Source: an uncultured Candidatus Saccharibacteria bacterium
GTDB lineage: Bacteria; Patescibacteriota; Saccharimonadia; Saccharimonadales; CAYOYH01
Assembly (NCBI GenBank): GCA_964579475.1
Contig: CAZOFP010000002.1
Span: 8,507 to 59,691, forward strand
Length of the DNA: 51,185 bases
Direction: 5' to 3'
The notes under the pieces were generated by a model. It saw only the letters and a program-made list of their open reading frames with translations, made no database searches and was not told the DNA's origin. Positions within the stretch are counted from its first letter, which is position 1; the number at the start of each line of letters is the position of its first letter. Below are positions 39,550 to 49,371 of this stretch, piece by piece. Made by a program: the position numbers and the translations under genes.

Positions 39550-41295
39550 CTATGGGACGTCTACGACCACACCAAGATCGATTAGCTCCTGACGAAGCTT
39601 CTGGGTGTCAACATTTCGAACAGGTGTAGCCTCTTCGGAAGCCATGGCCGCAAGCATTCCCGCAACCTGACCACCAATCAGCTCGGTGGGCTGCATGCGT
39701 AGACTACCCGCTACCAAACGATCCATCGACATACCGGCCAGGATGGCTGGCATGAATCCGTCAATCTTCTTTGGCACGAAGATTCCCGGATCTACATCGA
39801 AAGCGCCGTAAGACGAGAAGAAATCTGACAACTTCTCGCCATCTTCTAAGGGCTTCTCTGCTCCGGCGCAGCCATGCTGATCGGTCATATACCCTCCAAT
39901 CATGACTGAATCCGAGAACATATCGATACCTCTTCCTGGTAACCGATCTTTGATCATATCCCAGGTCATCCGGCTCACGCCTTCAATCCTAGGGTGCTCC
40001 CGAAAGTACGGCTGCACCGCAAAGTGCTGCTCTACCCTATCGGGAATACGATCCGACCAAAGCATCTGATCATACTCATCATAGCCTTGGTCAGTAGAAA
40101 TGCCCCAGTTCTCAATCCCGAGCACATAATATGCCCAGTAAAGATAGAAGTATGCTCGGTCTTTGGCCATGATGAACTCCTCGGTGAATTTCTCCCCGAA
40201 AGGCTCGGTCATTGCCTCGGCTGAAACTGGGCTGTCCACGAACCCATAGTTGTTGACAGTCCGAGTTATTCTTGGCTCTCCGAAGGGCAGTTCTCTGCTG
40301 TCAGCTAGACCACGATAACCTCTGGTAACTTCGACCGTCAGACCCTTGGAGCGATTTTTGTTGTACTCGCTCCAGCCTGGAAAGACATCAAAGCCGTCAG
40401 GCTTGATCTCTTTGTTGATGGCCTTTATCCAGCCGTCGACTGTCTCGTCACCATAGAAGCTTCTCATGAGCACCTCAGTGTTGCTCTCTGGTCGCAGTTC
40501 TGGAGGAACCGTACCGGAGAAGTATTCGTTCATGACCACGTTCCAGGTAGTCTTCTGAACGCAAACACCGTTGCCAACGCTGTACTCAAGCCCCTCGATC
40601 AGTGGATACAACTCCCCTGTCTCAGAACCATCGAGAACTACATCAGCAGTGATTTCGATCAACTCTTCACTGTCGACGTTCTGGACGATCAGTCCCGTTA
40701 CGGTAAAACCGGATTGCAACACATCAACGGGCGTGTAACCCGTCAGGATGTCAACTCCGGAACTTTCAAGCCAGGTTTCAAACGTTTGCCTGACTTTCAC
40801 CGGTTCGGGACAGAACGAATCGCTACTCCAGTAGCAACGACTCATGTCGGTGTCTTTGTATTCAACGAGCATCGCCTGATACAGTTCCCCATACAGACCA
40901 CTCTCGCGAAACACCGAGTTGAGTGGATACTCATCCATCGTCGACACGGCTCCAGCCGAGCTTTGTCCACCGACGTAACCAGTTTGAATCACCATCGTCA
41001 CTTGGCGACCACGGCGAGCCGCAGAAACTGCTGCTCCTGCTGCCCCCGTCGACTCGCCGTACACCAACACGTCCGTGCTAACATACGCAATCGGCGTAGT
41101 TGTAGTGGTCGTGGTGGTAGTGGTCAAGCTTGTTACTGTATTCGGCAGCTCAACCTTCTCAGTCGTTGTGGTGGTAGATTGCAACATGGTCGTTGTGACT
41201 ACCACTTCGTTCTCGCCCTCGGTGTTTTGCACCGAACTGCAGGCCGTTGCTACCACAGCAAAGACGACCACAATTAGCACTAGCTTGGCTGTCAT
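39550..41295 (-). CDS. FAD-dependent oxidoreductase lipoprotein (FAD_oxidored-like)
   Basis: Lipobox VATAC, poly-Thr linker, DVLVYGESTGAAGAAVSAARRG, GGQ, LDGSETGEL, PYFRE..RIEG, LRMQPT..GQVAG; AAGGTG RBS before ATG 41295. Confidence 0.85.
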   Translation of the reverse strand: MTAKLVLIVVVFAVVATACSSVQNTEGENEVVVTTTMLQSTTTTTEKVELPNTVTSLTTTTTTTTTTPIAYVSTDVLVYGESTGAAGAAVSAARRGRQVTMVIQTGYVGGQSSAGAVSTMDEYPLNSVFRESGLYGELYQAMLVEYKDTDMSRCYWSSDSFCPEPVKVRQTFETWLESSGVDILTGYTPVDVLQSGFTVTGLIVQNVDSEELIEITADVVLDGSETGELYPLIEGLEYSVGNGVCVQKTTWNVVMNEYFSGTVPPELRPESNTEVLMRSFYGDETVDGWIKAINKEIKPDGFDVFPGWSEYNKNRSKGLTVEVTRGYRGLADSRELPFGEPRITRTVNNYGFVDSPVSAEAMTEPFGEKFTEEFIMAKDRAYFYLYWAYYVLGIENWGISTDQGYDEYDQMLWSDRIPDRVEQHFAVQPYFREHPRIEGVSRMTWDMIKDRLPGRGIDMFSDSVMIGGYMTDQHGCAGAEKPLEDGEKLSDFFSSYGAFDVDPGIFVPKKIDGFMPAILAGMSMDRLVAGSLRMQPTELIGGQVAGMLAAMASEEATPVRNVDTQKLRQELIDLGVVVDVP

Positions 41296-41404
41296 TTTGT
41301 ACACCTTCTTGTCTTGTCGTAAGTAGTGTGAATGTTCATATCCAAACCAAAAAAGGCTTAGAATCTATCTAAAATAATAACATTTTTTTTATTTTTTTGC
41401 TAAT

Positions 41405-42262
41405 TTATGCTAAACGTGCATGAGTCAACTCTACTAGTTTTTTTTCTTCTTCGCCGACACTCTTTCCCTTTAATACGACGCTAATTATTGTTCGCCTAAA
41501 GTCTATGCTAGACAATCGCGCCAGTCTACCGGCTGTTACGTCTTCTTCTATCTTTAAATTCGGCAATAACGCCACACCATTGGAATTAAGAGCCATTTTA
41601 AGTATTAATTCTGGATTGGTTGAATAAAATTTTGGAAAATATGCGATACCTAGTTCTGTAAAATATCTTTTCATCCACTGAAAAGTAGTTGACGCCTTAT
41701 CGTATGTAAGCAAATTATCTATTGTTCGGTCTTCTTTTATTTTTTTCTGAGCACTAGTGGCTATATTGGATGCACATACAGCTGTAAATTTTTCTTCGCT
41801 ACTACCGAGTATCTTGTAGGAAGTGCCGATATTATTCAGTGGACTGACGATGAATGCTATGTCTAATTGATCGTGTTTAAGAGCCATAAGTAGACGAGAT
41901 GAATTATCAATCCTTACGTCTAGCTGACCGACGATATCCATTGAAGACGAAAATAATCTATCAGCCACACTATCGAGCATGCCAATTCGTAGTAGTTTAT
42001 TTTCATCAGACTTCATACCCAATTCGGTTTTTAGGTTCTTTAATTGAGTTCGCATTCTTACTCCACATTCATATGTTGATTCTCCAGCCTTAGTTACTTG
42101 AAAAAAGTTACCGTTGCGAATGATTAATTGGACACCAAAATTTTGTTCTAGTTTCTTTATAGCTACCGACAAGGCTGGTTGGGATACATGCAACTGTTTG
42201 GCGGCCTCAGTAAAGCTACTATGCTCCACCACTGCCATGTACTTTATTATTTTGTGATCCAT
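41405..42262 (-). CDS. LysR family transcriptional regulator
   Basis: SFTEAAKQLHVSQPALSVAIKKLE HTH; LDIAF; GVALLP. Confidence 0.95.
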   Translation of the reverse strand: MDHKIIKYMAVVEHSSFTEAAKQLHVSQPALSVAIKKLEQNFGVQLIIRNGNFFQVTKAGESTYECGVRMRTQLKNLKTELGMKSDENKLLRIGMLDSVADRLFSSSMDIVGQLDVRIDNSSRLLMALKHDQLDIAFIVSPLNNIGTSYKILGSSEEKFTAVCASNIATSAQKKIKEDRTIDNLLTYDKASTTFQWMKRYFTELGIAYFPKFYSTNPELILKMALNSNGVALLPNLKIEEDVTAGRLARLSSIDFRRTIISVVLKGKSVGEEEKKLVELTHARLA

Positions 42263-42274
42263 GCCTAACCCTCA

Positions 42275-42323
42275 TTATAGTATTATCTTATAAAGATATA
42301 CAGTTTATATATTAGATTTATAA
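42275..42323. promoter_or_regulatory. Two putative LysR boxes (TTATA-N9-TATAA at 42275-42293 and 42305-42323)
   Basis: ttatagtattatcttataa and ttatatattagatttataa, 30 bp apart, between divergent lysR and ino1. Confidence 0.55.
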
Positions 42324-42415
42324 CCAACAATTTCGTAGTCTTTCTACATGGATTTTGAACAAATTCTTCAAAATTAACTATTACTTTAATGTTCACAAAT
42401 GGAAAGCGAGGTAGC

Positions 42416-43510
42416 GTGGGGAAAATCAAAATAGCAATCGTCGGACTAGGCAACTGCGCCTCTTCCCTGATTCAGGGTATCGAATATTACAAAGACGCCA
42501 AGGACGACGGCTTCATTCCCGGCCTAATGCATGTGAATTTTGGTGGGTACCATATTAAGGATATCGAAATTGTGGCTGTTTTTGATGTAAACACCAACAA
42601 GGTGGGTAAAGACGTCTCAGAAGCCCTCTACGCAGCTCCGAACAATACGACGGTCTTTGCTAAAGTGCCGAAAACAGGGGTCAAGGTCTCCCGCGGCCCT
42701 AGACTTGACGGTGTGAACAAATACACCGAGGAGCTAGTTCCAGTAGACAGCAAGCAAAAACCCGTCGACGTAGTCAAAACCCTAAAAGACACAAAAGCCG
42801 ATATTGTAGTTAACTACTTGCCTGTAGGCTCACAAAAAGCTACCGAATTTTATGCCCAAGCAGCTATCGACGCTGGCTGTGGCTTTGCCAACAACATCCC
42901 CGTCTTTATCGCTTCCGATGAAAAATGGGCCAAGAAATTTGAGGAAGCTGGTCTGCCAATCATTGGCGATGACATAAAATCCCAAGTCGGTGCAACAATC
43001 GTCCATCGGAACCTTGTGAACCTTTTTATGGACAGAGGGATGAAAGTTGAAAAAACATACCAGCTCAATACTGGCGGCAATACTGATTTTCTCAATATGC
43101 TAGAGAGGGAACGTTTGCAATCAAAAAAAATATCAAAGACAGAGGCTGTAACTTCGATGATGGATAACAAAAACCATGAAGTTATTGACGAGAACGTCCA
43201 TGTTGGCCCTTCGGACTATGTCCCCTGGCAAAAGGATAACAAGATTTGCTTCATACGTATTGAATCAAAACACTTCGGCGACGTACCGATGAATCTCGAG
43301 CTTAGACTCTCGGTCGAGGACTCCCCCAACTCAGCTGGCGTAGTGATAGATTCTATCCGCTGCCTGAAGATAGCTATGGACAACAAACTCAGCGGACCTC
43401 TAGTGGCACCGGCAGCTTTCTTCAAAAAACACCCGCCAAAACAAATTGAAGACCGCCAGGCACGCGAACTAGTAGAAGAGTTTATTGTAAAGTACGGCCA
43501 GAAAAAATAG
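42416..43510 (+). CDS. ino1: Inositol-3-phosphate synthase
   Basis: AIVGLGNCASSL, NYLPVGS, GDDIKSQVGAT, QLNTGGNTDFLNM, SKKISKT, DSPNSAG; GTG start after GAGG. Confidence 0.95.
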   Translation: MGKIKIAIVGLGNCASSLIQGIEYYKDAKDDGFIPGLMHVNFGGYHIKDIEIVAVFDVNTNKVGKDVSEALYAAPNNTTVFAKVPKTGVKVSRGPRLDGVNKYTEELVPVDSKQKPVDVVKTLKDTKADIVVNYLPVGSQKATEFYAQAAIDAGCGFANNIPVFIASDEKWAKKFEEAGLPIIGDDIKSQVGATIVHRNLVNLFMDRGMKVEKTYQLNTGGNTDFLNMLERERLQSKKISKTEAVTSMMDNKNHEVIDENVHVGPSDYVPWQKDNKICFIRIESKHFGDVPMNLELRLSVEDSPNSAGVVIDSIRCLKIAMDNKLSGPLVAPAAFFKKHPPKQIEDRQARELVEEFIVKYGQKK

Positions 43511-43572
43511 CAACCTCATCTGTTGTATTGCCGCTTCGCTAGTAGTAAACTCTAGTAAAAGAAAAGGCAAAA

Positions 43573-44349
43573 ATGGCGGTTATTAGACTTTCGAATGTCA
43601 GTAAAATCTATGGTTTGGGTGACGCTACAACGATAGCTGTGGACGATGTTAATTTGTCGATAAACAAAGGTGAGTTTGTGGCGATTATGGGGCCGAGCGG
43701 TTCTGGTAAATCTACGCTAATGAATATTATCGGCTTGCTGGACACGCCAAGTCATGGAGACTACACTCTTGATTCTAAGCCAGTCTCTAGGCTCAGCAAT
43801 AACGCCCGTGCCAAAATCAGAAGAGATAAAATAGGTTTTGTTTTTCAGTCGTTTAATCTCCTCCCCCGAATGAGAGTCATTGAAAATGTCGCCCTACCTT
43901 TAATGTATAGCGGCAACGATCACACCGAAAGCCTCGAGAAAGCTTCTGCAGTGCTAAAAACACTGGACATGAAAAATCGTGAGTACTACCACTTAAACCA
44001 ACTGTCCGGCGGTCAAACACAACGCGTGGCTATTGCTAGAGCTTTGGTGAACAATCCCTCGATTATCTTAGCTGACGAGCCAACCGGTAATCTGGATTCT
44101 GCAAACGGAAAAATAATCATGGAACTGCTTAAAGATTTAAATGAAAAGGGTAACACCATCATTATGGTTACCCACGATACCAAGCTCGCTAATTACGCGA
44201 AGCGCGTTATTCAAATGATTGATGGCAAGATAGTTAACACCGTCCAGCAAACCGAAGAAGAGGCCGAAGAAGAGGCAGAAAAAAGTCCCACAGCTAAGAA
44301 AAAGACTAAAAAACCCAAAAAAAGGAAAAAGAAGGGTAAGAAAAAATGA
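43573..44349 (+). CDS. ABC transporter ATP-binding protein (MacB/LolD type)
   Basis: GPSGSGKST, GFVFQSFNL, LSGGQ, ILADEPTGNLD, VTHD. Confidence 0.95.
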   Translation: MAVIRLSNVSKIYGLGDATTIAVDDVNLSINKGEFVAIMGPSGSGKSTLMNIIGLLDTPSHGDYTLDSKPVSRLSNNARAKIRRDKIGFVFQSFNLLPRMRVIENVALPLMYSGNDHTESLEKASAVLKTLDMKNREYYHLNQLSGGQTQRVAIARALVNNPSIILADEPTGNLDSANGKIIMELLKDLNEKGNTIIMVTHDTKLANYAKRVIQMIDGKIVNTVQQTEEEAEEEAEKSPTAKKKTKKPKKRKKKGKKK

Positions 44350-45581
44350 TGCTATTTACAAACATTAAAATGGCTCTAGCTAGCCTGCGTAGCTCAAAAC
44401 TACGTGCAGCGCTCACTATGCTGGGAATTATCATTGGGGTGGTGTCTGTTGTGACTTTCATCTCCTTTGGTGAAGGTCTCAAGAACCAAGTAACAGATGA
44501 AATACGTCAGTTTGGTGATGACTTCTTGCAGGTAGCACCCGGCAAATTAGTGACCCGTGATGCAGAAGGCAACATTGAAGATTTTGATTTTGCTGCAATT
44601 TTTGGTGCAACACCTTTCACTGAAAAAGATCTTAGCGATATTAAAGCCCTAGATAGCATTGCCACCGCTAGCGGGATTATGATGATTTCTGGCAAGACTT
44701 CGGCCAACGGCAAGGTTGCAACCAGCTCATCTACTCTCGCCACAACCCCAGAAATGATAACTATTCTTAATCAGGAGGTTGAGGACGGGAGTTTCCTTGA
44801 CGACAACATTAAAAACGATTTTACGGTAGTTCTGGGCAAGAAGGTGGCCACCGATTTGTTCGGTGAAGTATCCTCAGCTATTGGGCGAACTGTGCAAATA
44901 AAAAACCGAGACTTTACTGTTATCGGTGTCATGGCACAGCATGATTCGATTCTTTCTAGCGGGTCGTTCGGTAGCGACTTAAATAGCTACGCCTACATTC
45001 CTTTTGCAGCCGGGAAACAACTGACTAACAATATCGTGCAAATGATAGAGATTGATGTCAAAGTAGTTGACATCAACAAAACTGACGAAGCTATTGAAGA
45101 TATTTCAAATGTTCTGATTGCTAACCGCGGCGATGACGACTTTTCCATCACTAAGCCTGAAGAATTTTTGACAATCACTGACAAGGTTCTGAGCCTGCTG
45201 ACTACGGCGGTGGTAGCAATCGCTTCGATATCTGTGCTTGTCGGTGGTATTGGGATTATGAATATTATGTTTGTAACTGTTAGCGAACGAACGCGCGAAA
45301 TTGGTATCCGTAAAGCCATAGGCGCAACCAACAATCAAATATTGTCGCAGTTTCTGATTGAATCGATTGTTATTACGATGCTTGGTACAGTTGCTGGTAT
45401 TTCCATTTCGGCGCTTATAGCACTACTGGTACGTATAACTACTGACTTTGCACCAGTAATAACACCTGGCAGTCTAATTGTTGCCTCTATTGCAGCTGTT
45501 ACCTTCGGTGTGGTGTTTGGAATAGTTCCAGCAATGAAAGCTGCACGCAAAAACCCAATCGAAGCCCTTAGGCACGAATAA
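44346..45581 (+). CDS. ABC transporter permease (MacB/FtsX type)
   Basis: LTMLGIIIGV, GGIGIMNIM, ERTREIGIRKAIGA, PIEALRHE. Confidence 0.95.
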   Translation: MMLFTNIKMALASLRSSKLRAALTMLGIIIGVVSVVTFISFGEGLKNQVTDEIRQFGDDFLQVAPGKLVTRDAEGNIEDFDFAAIFGATPFTEKDLSDIKALDSIATASGIMMISGKTSANGKVATSSSTLATTPEMITILNQEVEDGSFLDDNIKNDFTVVLGKKVATDLFGEVSSAIGRTVQIKNRDFTVIGVMAQHDSILSSGSFGSDLNSYAYIPFAAGKQLTNNIVQMIEIDVKVVDINKTDEAIEDISNVLIANRGDDDFSITKPEEFLTITDKVLSLLTTAVVAIASISVLVGGIGIMNIMFVTVSERTREIGIRKAIGATNNQILSQFLIESIVITMLGTVAGISISALIALLVRITTDFAPVITPGSLIVASIAAVTFGVVFGIVPAMKAARKNPIEALRHE

Positions 45582-45582
45582 T

Positions 45583-46611
45583 TTAGCTGTCTAGCTCTTT
45601 TTTGAATTTCTCAATGAGATCAACTGGAGTCGGGTTAATGCCATTTAGCAGCGCCAGGTAAAGAGTTACGAAGTCGCCAAGCATTATCGCCCATAGCAAA
45701 TGCTCTAGTTTCGTCGAACCCTCTGTCTGAACTTCGATAGCCTTTGGCATCATGCCACTTAGTAATCTGTTGGTAACTTCGAACCTCTTGTTGATTCGCT
45801 CGTGCTCAAGGTCAGAGAAAAGCTCAATCGGTTGAAATGGCTTTTCAATAGGGTGCGATGTCCAGCCTAAGAATTCGTTGTGGTTAAACTCTGGAAATTG
45901 ATTATAGAACGCTAGGTTTTTTGCATTCTCGTTAAAGCTAATTTTCCATTTATAGGCAGCTGCGCTAAGACCTGGGCCTGCGAAAATAACAGGGGTCTTG
46001 CCCATAACCTTCTCGGCTATTTGTTTGGCATAGTTGTCGCTGGTCGGCACATCTGCCCGCCACTGTGACGCTGCTTGCTGCAACAGCTCAGTCGTTGATT
46101 CTAGCTCATCCGTCAATCCAGTTTCCAGGTCTGCGGCCTCTAGAAGCTCAAGTAATGCACGATAATTGTACCAAGCGGCCATTCGTGGTTGCATACCGCC
46201 AGGAATTTTAGCCATCGGATAATCTTTTTCGTGCGCTATTTCCTCTAATCTACCGCCAGCAGTAATTATGAAAATCTGCGCTCCTGCCTCTTCTGCCTCT
46301 TCCAGTGAAGCTAGAGTTTCTTCAGTGTTACCGGAATAACTTGATGCAACGTACAGTGTGTCAGGGCCAACAAACGCCGGTATTGAATACTGCCTATTGA
46401 CTACGAAAGGAACTTTTGGTCCTGGCCAGGCAACAATCATACTTGCTGCGAGTGCTGAACCGCCCATGCCGCTAACGACAATATTGTGGATGTCTCCTTT
46501 TGGCTCGAAAGCGAAGTCAAACGAGAACTTCAGTTGTGACACCTGTCTTTCGGCCAGACCTAGCGCATCGTCAGCGTCTAATTGAGAAACTCTTCGTAGG
46601 TCATCAAGCAT
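45583..46611 (-). CDS. Bifunctional phosphoglucose/phosphomannose isomerase
   Basis: SGMGGSA, SSYSGNTEET, QPR, NENAK, PEFNHNE, PVDLIEKFK. Confidence 0.93.
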   Translation of the reverse strand: MLDDLRRVSQLDADDALGLAERQVSQLKFSFDFAFEPKGDIHNIVVSGMGGSALAASMIVAWPGPKVPFVVNRQYSIPAFVGPDTLYVASSYSGNTEETLASLEEAEEAGAQIFIITAGGRLEEIAHEKDYPMAKIPGGMQPRMAAWYNYRALLELLEAADLETGLTDELESTTELLQQAASQWRADVPTSDNYAKQIAEKVMGKTPVIFAGPGLSAAAYKWKISFNENAKNLAFYNQFPEFNHNEFLGWTSHPIEKPFQPIELFSDLEHERINKRFEVTNRLLSGMMPKAIEVQTEGSTKLEHLLWAIMLGDFVTLYLALLNGINPTPVDLIEKFKKELDS

Positions 46612-46725
46612 ATCTACCCCTCGTTTTTCTTATACATATCCTAAGTCTTTCAAGAGAAAAAGTACACCTTACACGACTACGAATGTTATACTCTTCTTCA
46701 AAGCATAATAACTTTCGGGGGTGGG

Positions 46726-47202
46726 ATGGATAACGACCAAATACAACAAACAAACTTAGTCACGGACGATGCAGTGGCAACAATGCCCGATGCTCCGCAA
46801 CCCGAAGCCCTCCAACCGGAGACACCAGTCACTGCGACTACTCCTGTTGATACCCAGCAATCTACTGAACCTCCAGCTTCTGAGCCAACTCAACCACCTC
46901 CTACACCAGACCAGGCTACCGCGCCTTCATCTACGACTACTCCAGCGAGTGATTTGAGCGACTTAGATGACATCAAAAAGAAAGCCCTGGACGAGCTTCA
47001 GCCACTTATTGAACATGTTGAACAATCGCCAGAGGAGCGCTACGAAACGGTCATGATGATGATCCGTTCAAACGATGACCCAAATCTCATCAGCCAAGCT
47101 TATGAAGCAGCCAAAGGTATCAAAAACGAGAAGGCTCGAGCCAATGCTCTGCTGAATATTGTTAGTGAAATAGAGTACCTAAAATCAAAGCAAAACAGCT
47201 AA
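46726..47202 (+). CDS. Hypothetical protein (Pro/Thr-rich N-terminus, helical C-domain)
   Basis: 158-aa ORF with GGGGTGG RBS; followed by a hairpin. Confidence 0.8.
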   Translation: MDNDQIQQTNLVTDDAVATMPDAPQPEALQPETPVTATTPVDTQQSTEPPASEPTQPPPTPDQATAPSSTTTPASDLSDLDDIKKKALDELQPLIEHVEQSPEERYETVMMMIRSNDDPNLISQAYEAAKGIKNEKARANALLNIVSEIEYLKSKQNS

Positions 47203-47213
47203 ACTAAATTTAA

Positions 47214-47258
47214 AGACTCGGCTCTGCGAGAGAAACCGAGTCTAGTCGACTTTTTGTT
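47214..47258 (+). terminator. Probable terminator
   Basis: agactcgg..ccgagtct stem followed closely by a T-rich tract. Confidence 0.5.
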
Positions 47259-47559
47259 TGTACATATATTGTACACAATTTTTATCTAAATCAACCTGTT
47301 TTAAAATAACAACGATTTTTGATTTCTCATCTGTTAAATTTTCATCGTGACAGATTGAAACGCCAATGTTGTGCATTTTACAAATATCGCATTGAATACT
47401 AGTTTGAATACTTTTATCAGCGATTTCAACTTTGCAAAAACTTCACAATTTATACTACTTAGACAAGGGGAAAATGACGTAGTTGTTGTTAATGAAAATG
47501 AACCGAAATGAATTCGGTTCATTTTATCAAATTGGGAGGGATCCAGGAGCGAAGCAACA

Positions 47560-47586
47560 TTAAAGGGAGGGGTCACCTCCCTTTAA
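47560..47586 (-). terminator. Hairpin downstream of groEL
   Basis: ttaaagggagg-ggtca-cctccctttaa perfect 11-bp stem. Confidence 0.7.
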
Positions 47587-47593
47587 AAGTGTT

Positions 47594-49288
47594 CTACATC
47601 CCCATCATTCCGCCGCCCATGCCACCACCAGCCGGCATAGCAGGCGCTTCTTTTTCGGGAATATCTACTACTAACGTACCCATGGTCATAGCTGTACCGG
47701 CAATCGATACGGCATTTTGAATTGCTTCTCGCACTACTCGTGTTGGATCAACAATTCCTGCCTTTTTCATATTAACAACTTTACCCGTAGAAACGTCAAC
47801 ACCGTTACCAGGATTATTAAGTACTTCTATGATGTATCCGCTCGCATTAAGGTCGGCGTTATCTAATAAGTGCTTAAACGGCTCGCTTAAAGCTCTTATC
47901 AATATGTCTACGCCTGCGTCACCAGTTATCATCGATTTGTTATTAGCAATTAGCTCAACAGAATCCTCGTTTTTCCCTTTGAGATGCTTGTTGACAAGCA
48001 CCATGCTCAATCCTACCTGCGTGACGCCTCCTCCAGGAACAATTCCTTCATCCAGCGCAGCTTTAACAGCTGCTACTGCATCGTCGACTCGAAATTTCTT
48101 TTCTTCGATTTCGGTTTCAGTGGCTCCACCAACTTTTATTACAGCAACTTTACCGCTTAGAGCAGCACGTCGTTTATCGAGGTTTTCTTTGTCGTATTCA
48201 CTAGTAGCTTGCTCGGCCTGAGCGCTAATCTGCTTAATACGGGCGTCGAGTTCACTAACTCCCCCAGCGCCTTCGATGATCGTTGTGTCGTCTTTAGTCA
48301 CAATAACCTTCCGCGCAGTACCCAGCATGTCCAGTGTTGCATTCTCGAAACTATGCCCCTGATCTTCAGAAATCACGGTAGCTCCTGTCAAAATGGCTAT
48401 ATCTTGCAGTACATCTTTGCGGCGGTCACCAAAGGCCGGAGCCTTGACTGCCACGGTGTTAAACACGCCTTTTAGTTTATTGAGCACTAGAGTTCCAAGT
48501 GCTTCACCTTCAACGTCTTCAGCAACAATCACCAAGTCTTTCTTACCAGCCTGAGCTGCTTGTTCTAGAATTGGCAGAAAATCTTGGACAGCCGAAATCT
48601 TCTTATCAGTTACCAAAATTAACGGCTTCTCATATGCAGCTTCCATTCGGGCTGCGTCGGTAACCATGTATGGGCTGACGAAGCCACGATCCATAGTAAA
48701 GCCTTCGACGACTTCACTCTCTAGCTCAAGTCCCTGCCCCTCCTCGACAGTCACCACGCCGTCTTTGCCAACCTTATGGATAACATCAGCGATTAGTTTG
48801 CCGATAATCTCGTCACCCGCCGAAATGGTTGCTACTTCAGCCACTCTTTTGCTATCGCCACCAATATCTTCAGACATGGTGGTTAGTTTCTTTAATACGT
48901 CGGCTCCAGCAGCTTCAACGCCTTTGCGTAGTTCCATTGGGTTGTGACCAGCTGCAATCAGTTTGTTAGCTTCATTTAGGATGTGGTAAGTCAAAACTGT
49001 AACAGTAGTCGTACCATCTCCAGCTACATCGTTCATTTTATTTGCGGCTTGTTTAATCAGCTCCGCTCCAACGCTATAACCTAAGGTTTCGTCATCGTCT
49101 TCAGGTAGCTCTATCGCCTTGGCGACTGTCACGCCGTCGTGGGTAACAGTTGGGCCGCCATAAGATTTACTAATTACTGCGTTGCGGCCCTTCGGGCCCA
49201 TGGTTACTTTTACTGCATCGTAGAGCGCCTGAGCCCCGCCAAGTACGCGAGTGCGAGCGTCTTCGTCATAAAATACTTTCTTTGCCAT
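47594..49288 (-). CDS. groL: Chaperonin GroEL
   Basis: TMGPKGRN, AGDGTTT, KAPAFGDRRK, GIVPGGG, GGM tail. Confidence 0.98.
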   Translation of the reverse strand: MAKKVFYDEDARTRVLGGAQALYDAVKVTMGPKGRNAVISKSYGGPTVTHDGVTVAKAIELPEDDDETLGYSVGAELIKQAANKMNDVAGDGTTTVTVLTYHILNEANKLIAAGHNPMELRKGVEAAGADVLKKLTTMSEDIGGDSKRVAEVATISAGDEIIGKLIADVIHKVGKDGVVTVEEGQGLELESEVVEGFTMDRGFVSPYMVTDAARMEAAYEKPLILVTDKKISAVQDFLPILEQAAQAGKKDLVIVAEDVEGEALGTLVLNKLKGVFNTVAVKAPAFGDRRKDVLQDIAILTGATVISEDQGHSFENATLDMLGTARKVIVTKDDTTIIEGAGGVSELDARIKQISAQAEQATSEYDKENLDKRRAALSGKVAVIKVGGATETEIEEKKFRVDDAVAAVKAALDEGIVPGGGVTQVGLSMVLVNKHLKGKNEDSVELIANNKSMITGDAGVDILIRALSEPFKHLLDNADLNASGYIIEVLNNPGNGVDVSTGKVVNMKKAGIVDPTRVVREAIQNAVSIAGTAMTMGTLVVDIPEKEAPAMPAGGGMGGGMMGM

Positions 49289-49315
49289 CTAATTACTCCT
49301 TTTTGTCGTTATTTA

Positions 49316-49371
49316 CTAATTCTCATTTTTCAATTTTCATTTTTTGGAAACTGAAAACTGCAACTGTTAAC
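49316..49371. repeat. Inverted pair of degenerate heptamer arrays between groES and groEL
   Basis: ctaattc tcatttt tcaattt tcatttt / tggaaac tgaaaac tgcaac tgttaac. Confidence 0.55.

Noticed and set aside
47334-47720. ORFs 47334..47576 (-), 47508..47720 (+) and a ~46-codon + frame in the AT-rich gap
   Set aside because: They run across the groEL terminator or groEL itself, or lack a convincing start/RBS; a gene remnant cannot be excluded.
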